Below are positions 37,357 through 48,800 of a stretch of 64,000 nucleotides of DNA, piece by piece. The stretch covers positions 119,722,001 through 119,786,000 of the forward strand of contig NC_091987.1 in NCBI RefSeq assembly GCF_044704955.1, given 5' to 3'. A program made the position numbers and the translations under genes. Numbering within the stretch: the first letter of the stretch is position 1; the number at the start of each line of letters is the position of its first letter. Source of the DNA: Pristiophorus japonicus. Its lineage: Eukaryota. Below the pieces are notes generated by a model. That model ran no database searches. It saw nothing but the letters and a program-made list of their open reading frames with translations, and was not told where the DNA came from.

Positions 37357-38221
37357 TAGGGTGTCCATACGTTCCAGTTTCCTGGGGACAGTGATGCAGC
37401 AGTGTCCTCGGGCAAACGATGTCTCTGGAAGAGTCCCCGGTTACACGTTTCCTTTCCGGGCGCCCCTATCGATCATACCCACCATGAGTGCCGCAACTGG
37501 TCAGGAGGTTAGCCCTGACGCGGGCTTGAGTTGTAAGCGACTGGTCTATTGGTTAGCATTCCTGTCGATCGAATATGCACCGTCAACGAGTTTGTTGATC
37601 CCAGCTCAACCCCAACCTCGCTCGACAACCAACCCCCATTTTATTTTTCCCCCCCTCTTCCTTCACTACGTGATGTACCAGTTTGACTCGTAGGCAGTCG
37701 CGAGCCGATTGGTCGACAGGCGTTGATTTTGTCATCCTCTCTTTCCCTCCCCCCTCCCCCCCCCCCCGCCCATCCCCATCCCCATCCAAAATAGTCTCAA
37801 TTCAGAAGCTGATTGGTCAGTCAGTGATGGTTACACGCAATGATTGCGTTGATACATGATGTCATGATGTGTTTATATATGGGGAAAAAACGGCCAGCAA
37901 TGCTCGACGCAGAGGCGACAAAAGGACAGGTTGTCACCAAGAACCTACAACAGTGTCAAGGGCAATTTTAGGGAGATCAAAAGCCCTGTGAAACCAAATC
38001 GTGTTATTGTATTATTTATAAATGATGTCTCAATGCGCTTCAGTGCTGTGACGTCACATCTGTGGTAATTATATGGACATTTGTTTTGCAGTGTATATGT
38101 GCAACTGTTTAAAATTTAGGCTGCTAAAATAATTTTGCCAGGCTACACTATGCAACCTGTATTTTCTTGTGCTCCCACCCTGTGTGTCCCCAGATTAGGT
38201 TTAGAAAATATGGTCACCTTC
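37357..38221. mobile_element. Non-autonomous hAT DNA transposon (Blackjack-like ends), 865 bp
   Basis: TIR TAGGGTGTCCATA / TATGGTCACCTTC, subterminal inverted CTGGGGACA/TGTCCCCAG, and 8-bp TSD GCTTAATA (37349-37356) / GCTTAATG (38222-38229). Confidence 0.8.
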
Positions 38222-38346
38222 GCTTAATGGGAGCTGGAGGGGTTAGATCTGTTGCTCGGGCTGGGATTCTTTCCGTGTGGCTCTTCTGAGTGGTTAACCA
38301 ATGACAAGCTTACTTAGTGTGCTGTAGTGGTAGTTGACACAGTTTA

Positions 38347-39314
38347 CATAAGAAATAGGAGCAAGAGTAGGCCACACAGCCCCTCAAGTCTGCTTGCCCA
38401 TTTAATACGATCATGGCTGATCCGATCATGGACTCAGATCCACTTCCCTGCCCGCTCCCCATATCCATTAATCCCTTATCGGTTAAGAAACTGTCTATCT
38501 CTGTCTTAAACTTATTCAATATCCCGGCTTCCACAGCTCTCTGAGGCAGCGAATTCCACAGATTTACAAACCTCAGAGAAGAAATTCCTCCTCATCTCAG
38601 TTTTAAATGGGCAGCCCCTTATTCTAAGATTATGCCCCCTAGTTCTAGTCTCCCCAATCAGCGGAAACATCCTCTCTGCATCCACCTTGTCAAGCCCCCT
38701 CATAATCTTATATATTTCGATAAGATCACCTCTCATTCTTCTGAATTCCAATGAGTAGAGGCCCAACTTACTCAACCTTTCCTCTTAAGTCAACCCCCTC
38801 ATCTCCGAATCAACCTCGTGAACCTTCTCTGAACTGCCTCCAAAGCAAGTATATCCTTTCATAAATATGGAAACAAAAACTGAACGCAGTATTCCAGATG
38901 TGGCCTCATCAATACCATGTATAACTGCAGCAAGACTTCCCTGCTTTTATACTCCATCCCCTTTGCAATAAAGGTCAAGATTCCATTGACCTTCCTGATC
39001 ACTTGCTGTACCTGCATACTAACCTTTTGTGTTTCGTGCACAAGTACCCTCAGGTCCCACTGTACTGTAGCACTTTGCAATTTTTATCCATTTAAATAAT
39101 AACTTGCTCTTTGATTTTTTTTTTTCTGCCAAAGTGCATGACCTCACACTTTCCAACATTATACTCCATCTGCCAAATTTTGCCCACTCACTTAACCTGT
39201 CTATGTCCTTTTTCAGATTTTTTGTGTCCTGCTCACACACTGCTTTTCCTCCCATATTTGTATCGTCAGCAAACTTGGCTACGTTACATTCGGTCCTTTC
39301 TTCCAAGTCGTTAA
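38347..39314 (-). mobile_element. 5'-truncated CR1 (RT C-terminal half and 3' UTR)
   Basis: KFADDT and HLEYCVQF motifs; tail cataagaaatagg. Confidence 0.95.
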
Positions 39315-39969
39315 ACTCCAGCAGTATTCCTATGTGGCCCTATGAGTTTTTCAGCACGCCAGGCAAACATAAACTACCCGTGTAGATTTCTTTAATAGCT
39401 TGGTTTGGAGCCTCCAAGGTAGTAATGGATTTCTGCACGTGTCATATACCAGTTGACACACACAATTGATGAATCTCACCTCAAATTGGTTCCTTTCTAA
39501 TGCATGCTAGGTATCCATGCAGCGTAAAATGTATTTCTGTTGCTGTTTTCTGCTTTCTGTTTGGCATTAATATTGAGACCTGAAATAACGGATTTCTTGC
39601 TGTTGCGCACTATTATTGTAGAGCTGACTTTTTTTTCAACTTAAAAAAAGAACTGGGGTATCCATCCTGTAATACTAGTGATGGAGGAAGACTTCATGGA
39701 TACTTTCACAACATTTTTTCGTGCATTTGAGTTTGTGCGCTACTTGATGCAGTCTGATTGTGGCATCAGAGCATGTAGCTTGGTCAAGGGGGTTCAGTTG
39801 ATTCACCCGGTTCGCAAGGAGAGGGAGTGTTTTTTTCTTTAGGAGCAAAAGAATAGATGATTGCTTTGGGGAGAAAACTTAACCCACATTTGTGATGTCT
39901 GTTGGGGAAGGTTAAAAATGTTTGTGTGATGTCGCGCTGAATGGAATTTTGTGATTCTACCTTGTGCAG

Positions 39970-40065
39970 ATGACAAAGAAAATCAAGAAGCTGGAAAAAG
40001 AAACTACAGTGTGGCGCACTAAGTGGGAGAACAATAACAAAGCACTCTTACAGATGGCCGAGGAG
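39970..40065 (+). CDS. txlng: Gamma-taxilin exon: MTKKIKKLEKETTVWRTKWENNNKALLQMAEE
   Basis: ttgtgcag| ... |gtgtgt; 96 nt. Confidence 0.98.
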
Positions 40066-40962
40066 GTGTGTGCTGTCTCTGTTAAATGTCGGAATTGTTC
40101 TTCATTCTCTTTAACCTGGAGTATGAGTTGTACTTTCACTGCGCAGGTGCTGCTTTGCACAAAAAATGCCAATGCTCGTAACCTGAGATTTCTCTCAACA
40201 CCTGTATTATAGCAGATCTGCAAAACTGATCTATAAATTTCTAATTTATTTAGAATGTAGGCAAAAAGCATTGAAATTCCAAATATTCCTGAAGCCATAA
40301 ACTGAGCTGGGGATGGAAGCAGAATTAGGAGGCGCAATGCTGAAGAAAGGATTCCGATGAGCTTCGTAATCTTCCCCCTGAAAAATTAAAACACGTCAAT
40401 TGCTCTCTTTTAAAAAGAAAAAGGGTATATTTTTGGGTTTCTAATGCATCTGCAGGCAGGCTGCTGTTTACAATTGAAATAAAGAATACAGAAAAAACAC
40501 TTCCTTGCCTTGGGTTGAAGGAGGGTTGCATGCTGAAATTTATCAATGAGAGATGAAAGTGCGAATGCAAACTCCTTCTTGCCCTGCAGCAGCATTCTGT
40601 TGAAAGAACACTCTGCTCCATATTGGGGGTTGGGAACTATTTTGGGACTTTAGGCAGAATGTTACCGTTGGTTCTTGGCCCATGATCCGGGTCAGTGGAA
40701 ATCCATAGGCACAGAATTTTGTTCCTTCCATATCAGTAATTCCACAATTCCCACACCATGTATGTGTAAAAAAAAATTAAGAGTGCTTGTTCAGGAGGTC
40801 TGACCAGCTATACCTGCTATTTTTTTTACTCTGCTTTGTCCAACATAAAGGGCCACTTGGTCAGTATTTTTCAGCAGCAAAACTACTGTTGCATAATTTC
40901 TGATTTTGCAGTTAAAAGTATAGTTATTGCCCGAATCTATGCCAATGAAAGGCCTATTTAGT

Positions 40963-43900
40963 TGTACAAAGCGGACGGTCTGCACCTGGGCAGGACCGGA
41001 ACCAAAGTCCGAGGAGGAGTGTTTGCTAGTGATGTTGGGGAGGAGTTATACTAATATGGCAGAGGGATGGGAACCAATGCAGGGAGACAGAGGGAAACAA
41101 AATGGAGACAGAAGCAAAAGACAGAAAGGAGATGAGGAAAAGTGGAGGGCAGAGAAACCCAAGACAAAAAACAAAAAGGGCCACTGTACAGCAAAATTCT
41201 AAAGGGTCAAAGTGTAATAAAAAGGCAAGCCTGAAAGCTCTGTGCCTCAATGCGAGGAGTATTCGGAACCCAGGAGAGGGCTCTGAGCTTAGTTAGAGTG
41301 GGTGAGAGCTCAGATGAACAGGACCCCAAGAAAGAATGCAAAAGGCACTTGGGGTAAGGGTAAACCACAAGGGACAATAGGAAGGGACAATATGTATGAA
41401 TATAAGGGGGCTGCAGGAGGGGTCAAAACTAAAAATCATGGTTTAAAAACTAGTATTAAAATACTCTACCTATACGCACGCAGCATTCGAAATAAAGTAA
41501 ATGAGTTGACGGCACAAATCATTACAAATGGGTATGATTTGGTGGCCATTACAGAAACGTGGTTGCAGGGTGGCCAAGACTGGGAATTAAACATACAGGG
41601 GTATCTGACAATTCGGAAGGATAGACAAGAAGGGAAAGGAGGTGGGGTAGCTCTGTTGTTAAAGGATGATATCAGGGCAGTTGTGAGAGATGATATTGGC
41701 TCTAATGAACAAAATGTTGAATCATTATGGGTGGAGATTAGAGATAGTAAGGGGGAAAAGTCACTAGTGGGAGTAGTTTATAGGCCCCCAAATAATGACT
41801 TCACGGTGGGGTGGACAATAATCAAGGGAATAATGGGGGTATGTGAAAAAGGAACGGCAGTAATCATGGGGGATTTTAACCTACATATTGATTGGTCAAA
41901 TCAAATCGCACGGGGTAGCCTGGAGGAGGAATTCATAGAATGCATAGGGGATTGTTTCTTAGAACAGTATGTTACAGAACCTACAAGGGAGGAAGCTATC
42001 TTAGATCTGGTCCTGTGTAATGAGTCAGGAATAATAAACGATCTCCTAGTAAAAGATCCTCTCGGAATGAGTGATCACAGTATGGTTGAATTTGTAATAC
42101 AGATTGAGGGTGAGGAAGTAGTGTCTCAAACGAGCGTACTATGCTTAAACAAAGGGGACTACAGTGCGATGAGGGCAGAGTTGGCTAAAGTAGACTAGGA
42201 ACACAGACTAAACGGTGGCACAATTGAGTAACAGTGGAGGACTTTTAAGGAGCTCTTTCATAGTGCTCAACAAAAATATATTCCAGTGAAAAAGAAGGGC
42301 AGTAAGAGAAGGGATGACCAGCCGTGGATAACCAAGGAAATAAAGGAGAGTATCAAATTAAAAACCAATGCGTATAAGGTGGCCAAGGTTAGTGGGAAAC
42401 TAGCAGATTGGGAAAATTAAGAATGACTAAGAAAGCAATAAAGAAAGGAAAGATAGATTACGAAAGTAAACTTGCGCAAAACATAAAAACAGATAGTAAA
42501 AGCTTTTACCAATATAGAAAACGGAAGAGAGTGACTAAAGTAAATGTTGATCCCTTAGAAGATGAGAAGGGGGATTTAATAATGGGAAATGTGGAAATGG
42601 CTGAGACCTTAAACAATTATTTTGCTTCGGTCTTCACAGTGGAAGACACAAAAACCATGCCACAAATTGCTGGTCACGGGAATGTGGGAAGGGAGGACCT
42701 TGAGATAATCACTATCACTAGGGAGGTAGTGCTGGACAGGCTAATGGGACTCAAGGTAGACAAGTCCCCCGGTCCTGATGAAATGCATCCCAGGGTATTA
42801 AAAGCGATGTCGGAAGTTATAGCAGATGCATTCGTTATAATCTACCAAAATTCTCTGGACTCTGGGGAGGAAGCAGCTAATGTAACGCCTCTGTTTTTAA
42901 AAAAAAAAGGGGGGCAGATAAAAGGCAGGTAACTATAGGCCGGTTAGTTTAACATCTGTAGTGGGGAAAATGCTTGAAGCTATCATTAAGGAAGAAATAG
43001 CGGGACATCTAGATAGGAATAGTGCAATCAAGCAGACGCAACATAGATTCATGAAGGGGAAATTATGTTTAACTAATTTACTGGAATTCTTTGAGGATAT
43101 AACGAGCATGGTGGATAGAGGTGTACCGATGGATGTGGTGTATTTAGATTTCCAAAAGGCATTCGATAAGGTGCCACACAAAAGATTACTGCAGAAGATA
43201 AAGGTACGTGGAGTCAGAGGAAATGTATTAGCATGGATAGAGAATTGGCTGGCTAACAGAAAGCGGAGAGTCAGAATAAATGGGTCCTTTTCGGGTTGGA
43301 AATCAGTGGTTAGCGGTGTGCCACAGGGATCAGTGCTGGGACCACAACTGTTTACAATATACATAGATGACCTGGAAGAGGGGACAGAGTGTAGTGTAAC
43401 AAAATTTGCAGATGACACTAAGATTAGTGGGAAAGCGGGTTGTGTAGAAGACACAGAGAGGCTGCAAAGAGATTTAGATAGGTTAAGCGAATGGGCTAAG
43501 GTTTGGCAGATGGAATACAATGTCGGAAAATGTGAGGTCATCCACCTTGGTGAAAAAAAAACAGTAAAAGGGAATATTATTTGAATGGGGAGAAATTACA
43601 ACATGCTGCGGTACAGAGGGACCTGGGGGTCCTTGTGCATGAATCCCAAAAAGTTAGTTTGCAGGTGCAGCAGGTAATCAGGAAGGCGAATGGAATGTTG
43701 GCCTTCATTGCGAGAGGGATGGAGTACAAAAGCAGGGAGGTCCTGCTGCAACTGTACAGGGTATTGGTGAGGCCGCACCTGGAGTACTGCGTGCAGTTTT
43801 GGTCACCTTTCTTAAGGAAGGATATACTAACTTTGGAGGGGGTACAGAGACGATTCACTAGGCTGATTCCGGAGATGAGGGGGTTACCTTCTGATGATAG

Positions 43901-44336
43901 ATTGAGTAGACTGGGTCTTTACTCGTTGGAGTTCAGAAGGATGAGGGGTGATCTTATAGAAACATTTAAAATAATGAAAGGGATCGACAAGATAGAGGCA
44001 GAGGTTGTTTCCACTGGTCAGGGAGACTAGAACTAGGGGGCACAGCCTCAAAATATGAGGGAGCCAATTTAAAACCGAGTTGAAAAGGAATTTCTTCTCC
44101 CAGAGGGTTGTGAATCTGTGGAATTCTCTGCCCAAGGAAGCAGTTGAGGCTAGCTCATTGAATGTATTCAAATCACAGATAGATAGATTTTTAACCAATA
44201 AGGGAATTAAGGGTTATGGGGAGCGGGCGGGTAAGTGGAGCTGAGTCCACGGCCAGATCAGCCATGATCTTTTTGAATGGCGGAGCAGGCTCGAGGGGCT
44301 AGATGGCCTACTCCTGTTCCTAATTCTTATGTTCTT
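40963..44336 (+). mobile_element. CR1 LINE with the end of ORF1 and a whole but disrupted ORF2 (APE endonuclease plus RT); chimeric 5' part
   Basis: EN motifs ITETWL, GVVYRPP, MGDFN, LDLVL, SDH in ORF 41302-42198. RT motifs LDFQKAFD, PQGSVLGP, FADD in 42961-43584. Tail TTCTTATGTTCTT. Confidence 0.96.
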
Positions 44337-45097
44337 GTATTACAAGTGCATGGGGTAAATATTTTTACTGCAATAGCCCCTTGTTTCTATTGTATTATTT
44401 AATGGTGTGGGGCAGCCGTTTCATTTCCTTAAACATTGTAACGAGTAGTGTGGAAATATAATGAGTACAAGAAGATGGGCTAATAAGAGATGTTGAGTAA
44501 CAGCCCTGTATTTACTGCTAGTCCCCACTCCTGATCTCCTCAAAGAAGATCAACTTCGTTAACCCCCAGAAATGTTTGAGTTTAATTTCCTTAATTTCCC
44601 AATTTAGGCTTTTTCCCTTTCCCCATGTTGAATATGTAGATGGACGTCTCTATGAATGAAACTTGTGCACCTGTTCTAGGAGATACAGCAGACCAACGTG
44701 TTTTCTATTGCTTGTAGAGAAGATGCCTTATGTTGTTTTGAGAAATAAAGTTTTAAATGCGCTGAAAGGAGAAGCCCATGTCAAAGACTTGTTTTGGTTG
44801 CTTCTATGCAGCTTCTATCTAGTACACACATTGAAGTGGGAGAACATTATCGCTGTAGATTTCTATTCTTGTCGTCTTCTTTCAGCCCAGAATTAGCATG
44901 CGATTGCTTTGAACTTTTGCTTCTTTCTCATGCATCAGAGCGGTTGGAAGTCAAAACCACCTTTGGAAACAAAACAACAGATATGGACAGTTCCGAGATG
45001 CTCAAACATATAAATTCAACCATTCTTTGTTTGGGTGGCTTCTGGTCTGACCATTTGATGTCATGTGTAGTCCTTGCATCAGTCTTTTATATGTGGT

Positions 45098-45436
45098 TAA
45101 AAGAAAGAACTTGCATTTATATATAGTGCCTTTCACAACCGTAGGATGTCCAAAGCGCTTTACAGCCAGTTAAATAATTTGAAGTGTAGTCGCTGTTGTA
45201 ATATAGAAAACATGCAGCCAATTGCACACAGCAGGGTCTCACAAACAACAATGTGATAATGACCAGATAATCTGTTTTTGTGATGTTGGTTGAGGGATAA
45301 ATATTGGCTGGGACACCGGGGTGAACTCCCCTGCTTTTCTTCAAAATACTGCCATGGGGTCTTTTCCATCCACCTGAAAAGGCAGGCAGGTTTAACATAT
45401 CATCTGAATAGAAGGCACCTCCAACAGTACTGCACT
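45098..45436 (-). mobile_element. 5'-truncated DeuSINE (SacSINE1-like)
   Basis: Colinear with 20620-20980; lacks the tRNA head. Confidence 0.85.
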
Positions 45437-45556
45437 GGTTATCTTAGCATTTCAAAATTTAAAAATAGATGCAGCAGGCATAGTAAATGATTAGAATTTG
45501 TAACATATTGAACAAATACTTGATAACTTTTTGCTTTTCTTTCAAAATTCTTACAG

Positions 45557-45892
45557 AAAACTCTTCGAGACAAGGAATACAAGGGTCTACAGGTGAAACT
45601 GGAGCGATTGGAAAAGCTTTGCAGGGCTCTGCAGACAGAGAGAAATGACCTGAATAAAAAAGTGCAGGTTCTTCAGTGTCAGCTTTCAGGAAATGATGGG
45701 CCCTTAGACCTGACAGAGGAGGAATACCAGGCATGCAAGACCCCAGGTTCTTCAGAATTGGCTGAGGTGAACACTTCAAGTCAGGAAGAAGGAGGAAGTC
45801 AGCCTCATGCTACAGCTATTTTAGATCAAGAGCGTTCAACTGGCGATCTAGAGAATGCTGCTGCAGCTTCGGGCATTGATTCTGTTGACTAA
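45557..45892 (+). CDS. txlng: Gamma-taxilin last coding exon: KTLRDKEYKGLQVKLERLEKLCRALQTERN...SGIDSVD*
   Basis: ttcttacag| acceptor, LEKLCRALQ taxilin motif, stop TAA at 45890-45892. The terminal -SVD and the domain sequence match the gamma paralogue as recalled. Confidence 0.97.
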   Translation, partial: KTLRDKEYKGLQVKLERLEKLCRALQTERNDLNKKVQVLQCQLSGNDGPLDLTEEEYQACKTPGSSELAEVNTSSQEEGGSQPHATAILDQERSTGDLENAAAASGIDSVD

Positions 45893-48800
45893 AATTATCT
45901 GTTTAAAAAAAAATTGTGTGGAGTTATATATTTTTGTGTAATTATCGTTTGACTTGTTCTTGGTAATTATTGGCTTTGTGGTGAGAATTTCTTACACATT
46001 TTTCTACCATATCTGTATTTTCTTAGGGGAAAAAGGAATTTATGTGGTTCAAGTAGCTGTATGGTGGGTCAAGTTAGTCTACTTTATAAAGTTTCATAAT
46101 TGAGTACATTTGTTTCATCCTTTTTATTTTAAATTGAAATTTTTGACATTGTGGTCCACCTCAAGACTCTCAATACTTGGTCTGAGATGTAAACATTTAC
46201 GTGTAATTTTAATAACCTGAGTTTGTATTTTTTTTTTAAACCGAGCTGGTTTTCTTGCAGCGTAGGTGCAACTGGGTATGTTTGTTTGAGACGTGCTTCC
46301 ACAGATGGGATTGCTACCTGATATTCTGACAGTGTGTCTTTTGACTCTGGACCTCCATAAAGCACTGCTGCTACTTGATTGAAACTTCTAACAGATGTGG
46401 AAACAGTTAATGTTAAGAGTTAGAGAATAGAAGAGTGCTATCTGGATATTATAGGTCGCTTCAGATGAGCAGAAATGGTGTCCACTTGCAGAGTTTGAAA
46501 TTCTTTTGCAGCGTTGGCAGTTTCCCATGTCTTCGGTTCAGTGAGCCTTCAGTCGAAATGCTAGCTGTGCGGAAAGGTGAACCAATGCTAGTTTGTGCCA
46601 CTTGTTGCTGCCTGTTAATTATTGTTGTGTATGCCCTCATACCCCTGAAATTATAAGGAACCAGAGTGCCATCAGTTCCCTAGTTTTCTAGTCAGTCCTC
46701 TGCTCCCTATGTTCCCAGTAGAAAGAAGCATGCAATGGATTTTGACCCTCAGTAAGTTAGTGTTGGGATTGAGCTTAATTTGGCAGGCTGTTCTCACACC
46801 AGCATTTTTGTTAGTTTGCAAAGTTTTGATGTCCAACCATTGGGGCTGACCCTGATTTGTTAGTAGCAAATGATCTAAAAAAAAAGTTTAGTATTTGGTC
46901 TTATCTTTTTTTTGTAGCCTGTTTGGTCAAAGCAACCATTTTCGTTTCTTTAGTTTATTTTTAAGAATAAAGGGAACATTTTCCCTGAGACAATATTTTA
47001 TTTTAAGTGTAGCCATGGTTAACTGCACTATCCTTTCACCTCAGGATTTGAACCTAGACCAAAGTGAAGATGATGAAAATCTTCGGTCTCTGGCTGCAAG
47101 GGTTGCAACTGAAATTATTTTTTGCATTCTTCATCTCCGGTGGCCCTGTAACTGTACAGCACAAAGCTGTCATTGATAGACCTATTCCCTCAGACACAAT
47201 AGATGGATAAACTGAAACTGGTTTAATGGGGGGGGTCCTCTTGAGATTACTACGGAGACACATTTGGAGTAGAGTGAAGGCTTTTAGCAGCGAGTACTAA
47301 ATACTTGGTACCCAAAGAAAACAATTATCTCATTCGCACCACTGAATTTGGCATGAAATGTAGATGTCATTTCATATATGGAATGTCTGTCAGAGTTGAG
47401 CAATGATAATTAAATGGAAGCATTTTAGATGCCAACTCAAGATTGTTGGCAAATTGACAACAAAAATGGCCAAATTGAGCACTGGATGTGAAAGGAAAAG
47501 GGAGGTAACTGAATTGATTGTGAGGTCCTGATGGTTTTTTAATTGACATAGTTATTTATAAACCTGTACCTTTATCATCGGATCTATATATACATTAACT
47601 ATTTGTGAATACAATTCCCATTCCAGAAACCATGATTTAAGCCCACTTCTGAGTAATCAATTTTTTATGTATTTAACTGTTTTCCCTCTTTCTGAATTTT
47701 CTTTGCTTTGACTTGCTATTGATGTACCCTTCCCCACTCTGCTCTCTAGGAGGTCCAGCAGTACATACATACATCACATACTGAGGGATGTGGATTCCAG
47801 TTCTTGCACTGAGTGATTTGAAAATCCGTCTACAGGATGAATTTGATCAAAGATCAGCCAAGACTACTAGATGTGATATAGCATTGGGCCGCCAGTAGTT
47901 TTGCAAAAAACTGACATGCATTTTGTCCTCAATTGGACACATTTCTGGATGGGGTTTAAAAAATATATAATTGACCCAGGAATATATAGGACTGATCAGT
48001 CCCGTTTCAGCAAGGGTTTTTCCCACCCCACTCCAACTTTGAGCCCACTTATGACCCAGTGGGATAATCGAAATACTGTAGCACTACAGTTTCTGAATGC
48101 ACTCACCTTTTTCTCTTTGATATATCGACGCTTCACTTGTATCTGCTGGTCTGTCCCGCCCCTGAAATGCATACGGATGTGATTCAGATCAGTGCCATTT
48201 TTATCTGGTGTTTTGATCAGCTGATTAAAGAGCAGCTTTGGGCATGGTGGTTATGAAAAATTCCTAACTCCCTCTTTAGGGAAGAGGGGAAGTGTGTTGT
48301 GAATCTGCTCTGCAGTTGAAGAGATTAAAAACTGATTAATAAGGATCCACCACAAAGTTTTCATTAGAAATGGGCTGCCTGAAAGTTTCTCGAACTACTG
48401 GTTGCCCAATACTGTGTTTTGAACTTTTCTTGTTGGTTTCAGGCAGATGGACAATTTATGTATCTTCCCTGTAGTGTTCCAGCTGGTGTTTTAGTTTTGT
48501 CAAATCTCCTTTGGCTTTGATATTTAATGAAACTCTTTCATTATGAGCCGTCCTTTGCTCTTGCACGGTTCACAGTATTTTGTTGGGAGGAAAATGCTGT
48601 GTTTTGTGCGCTTAAATATCAGAAACCTAAAAATGACAGCTTGGCTATTTGTTCCCTTTGCCACCTTAGTGTGTTTCACTCTAGTGAAAGCATTTGATGT
48701 AATCTGTGAAACATTCCACTTGATGTGCCACTTGTTCCTTCAGTTCTTTGCACATTCCTGTGGTTTTTTCCCCCCAGGAAGTTATGAAATGTGAACCCAC

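Noticed and set aside
41302-44030. Active autonomous LINE or domesticated endonuclease/RT gene
   Set aside because: ORF2 is broken by several stops and frameshifts and ORF1 is truncated; no copy in the window is intact.
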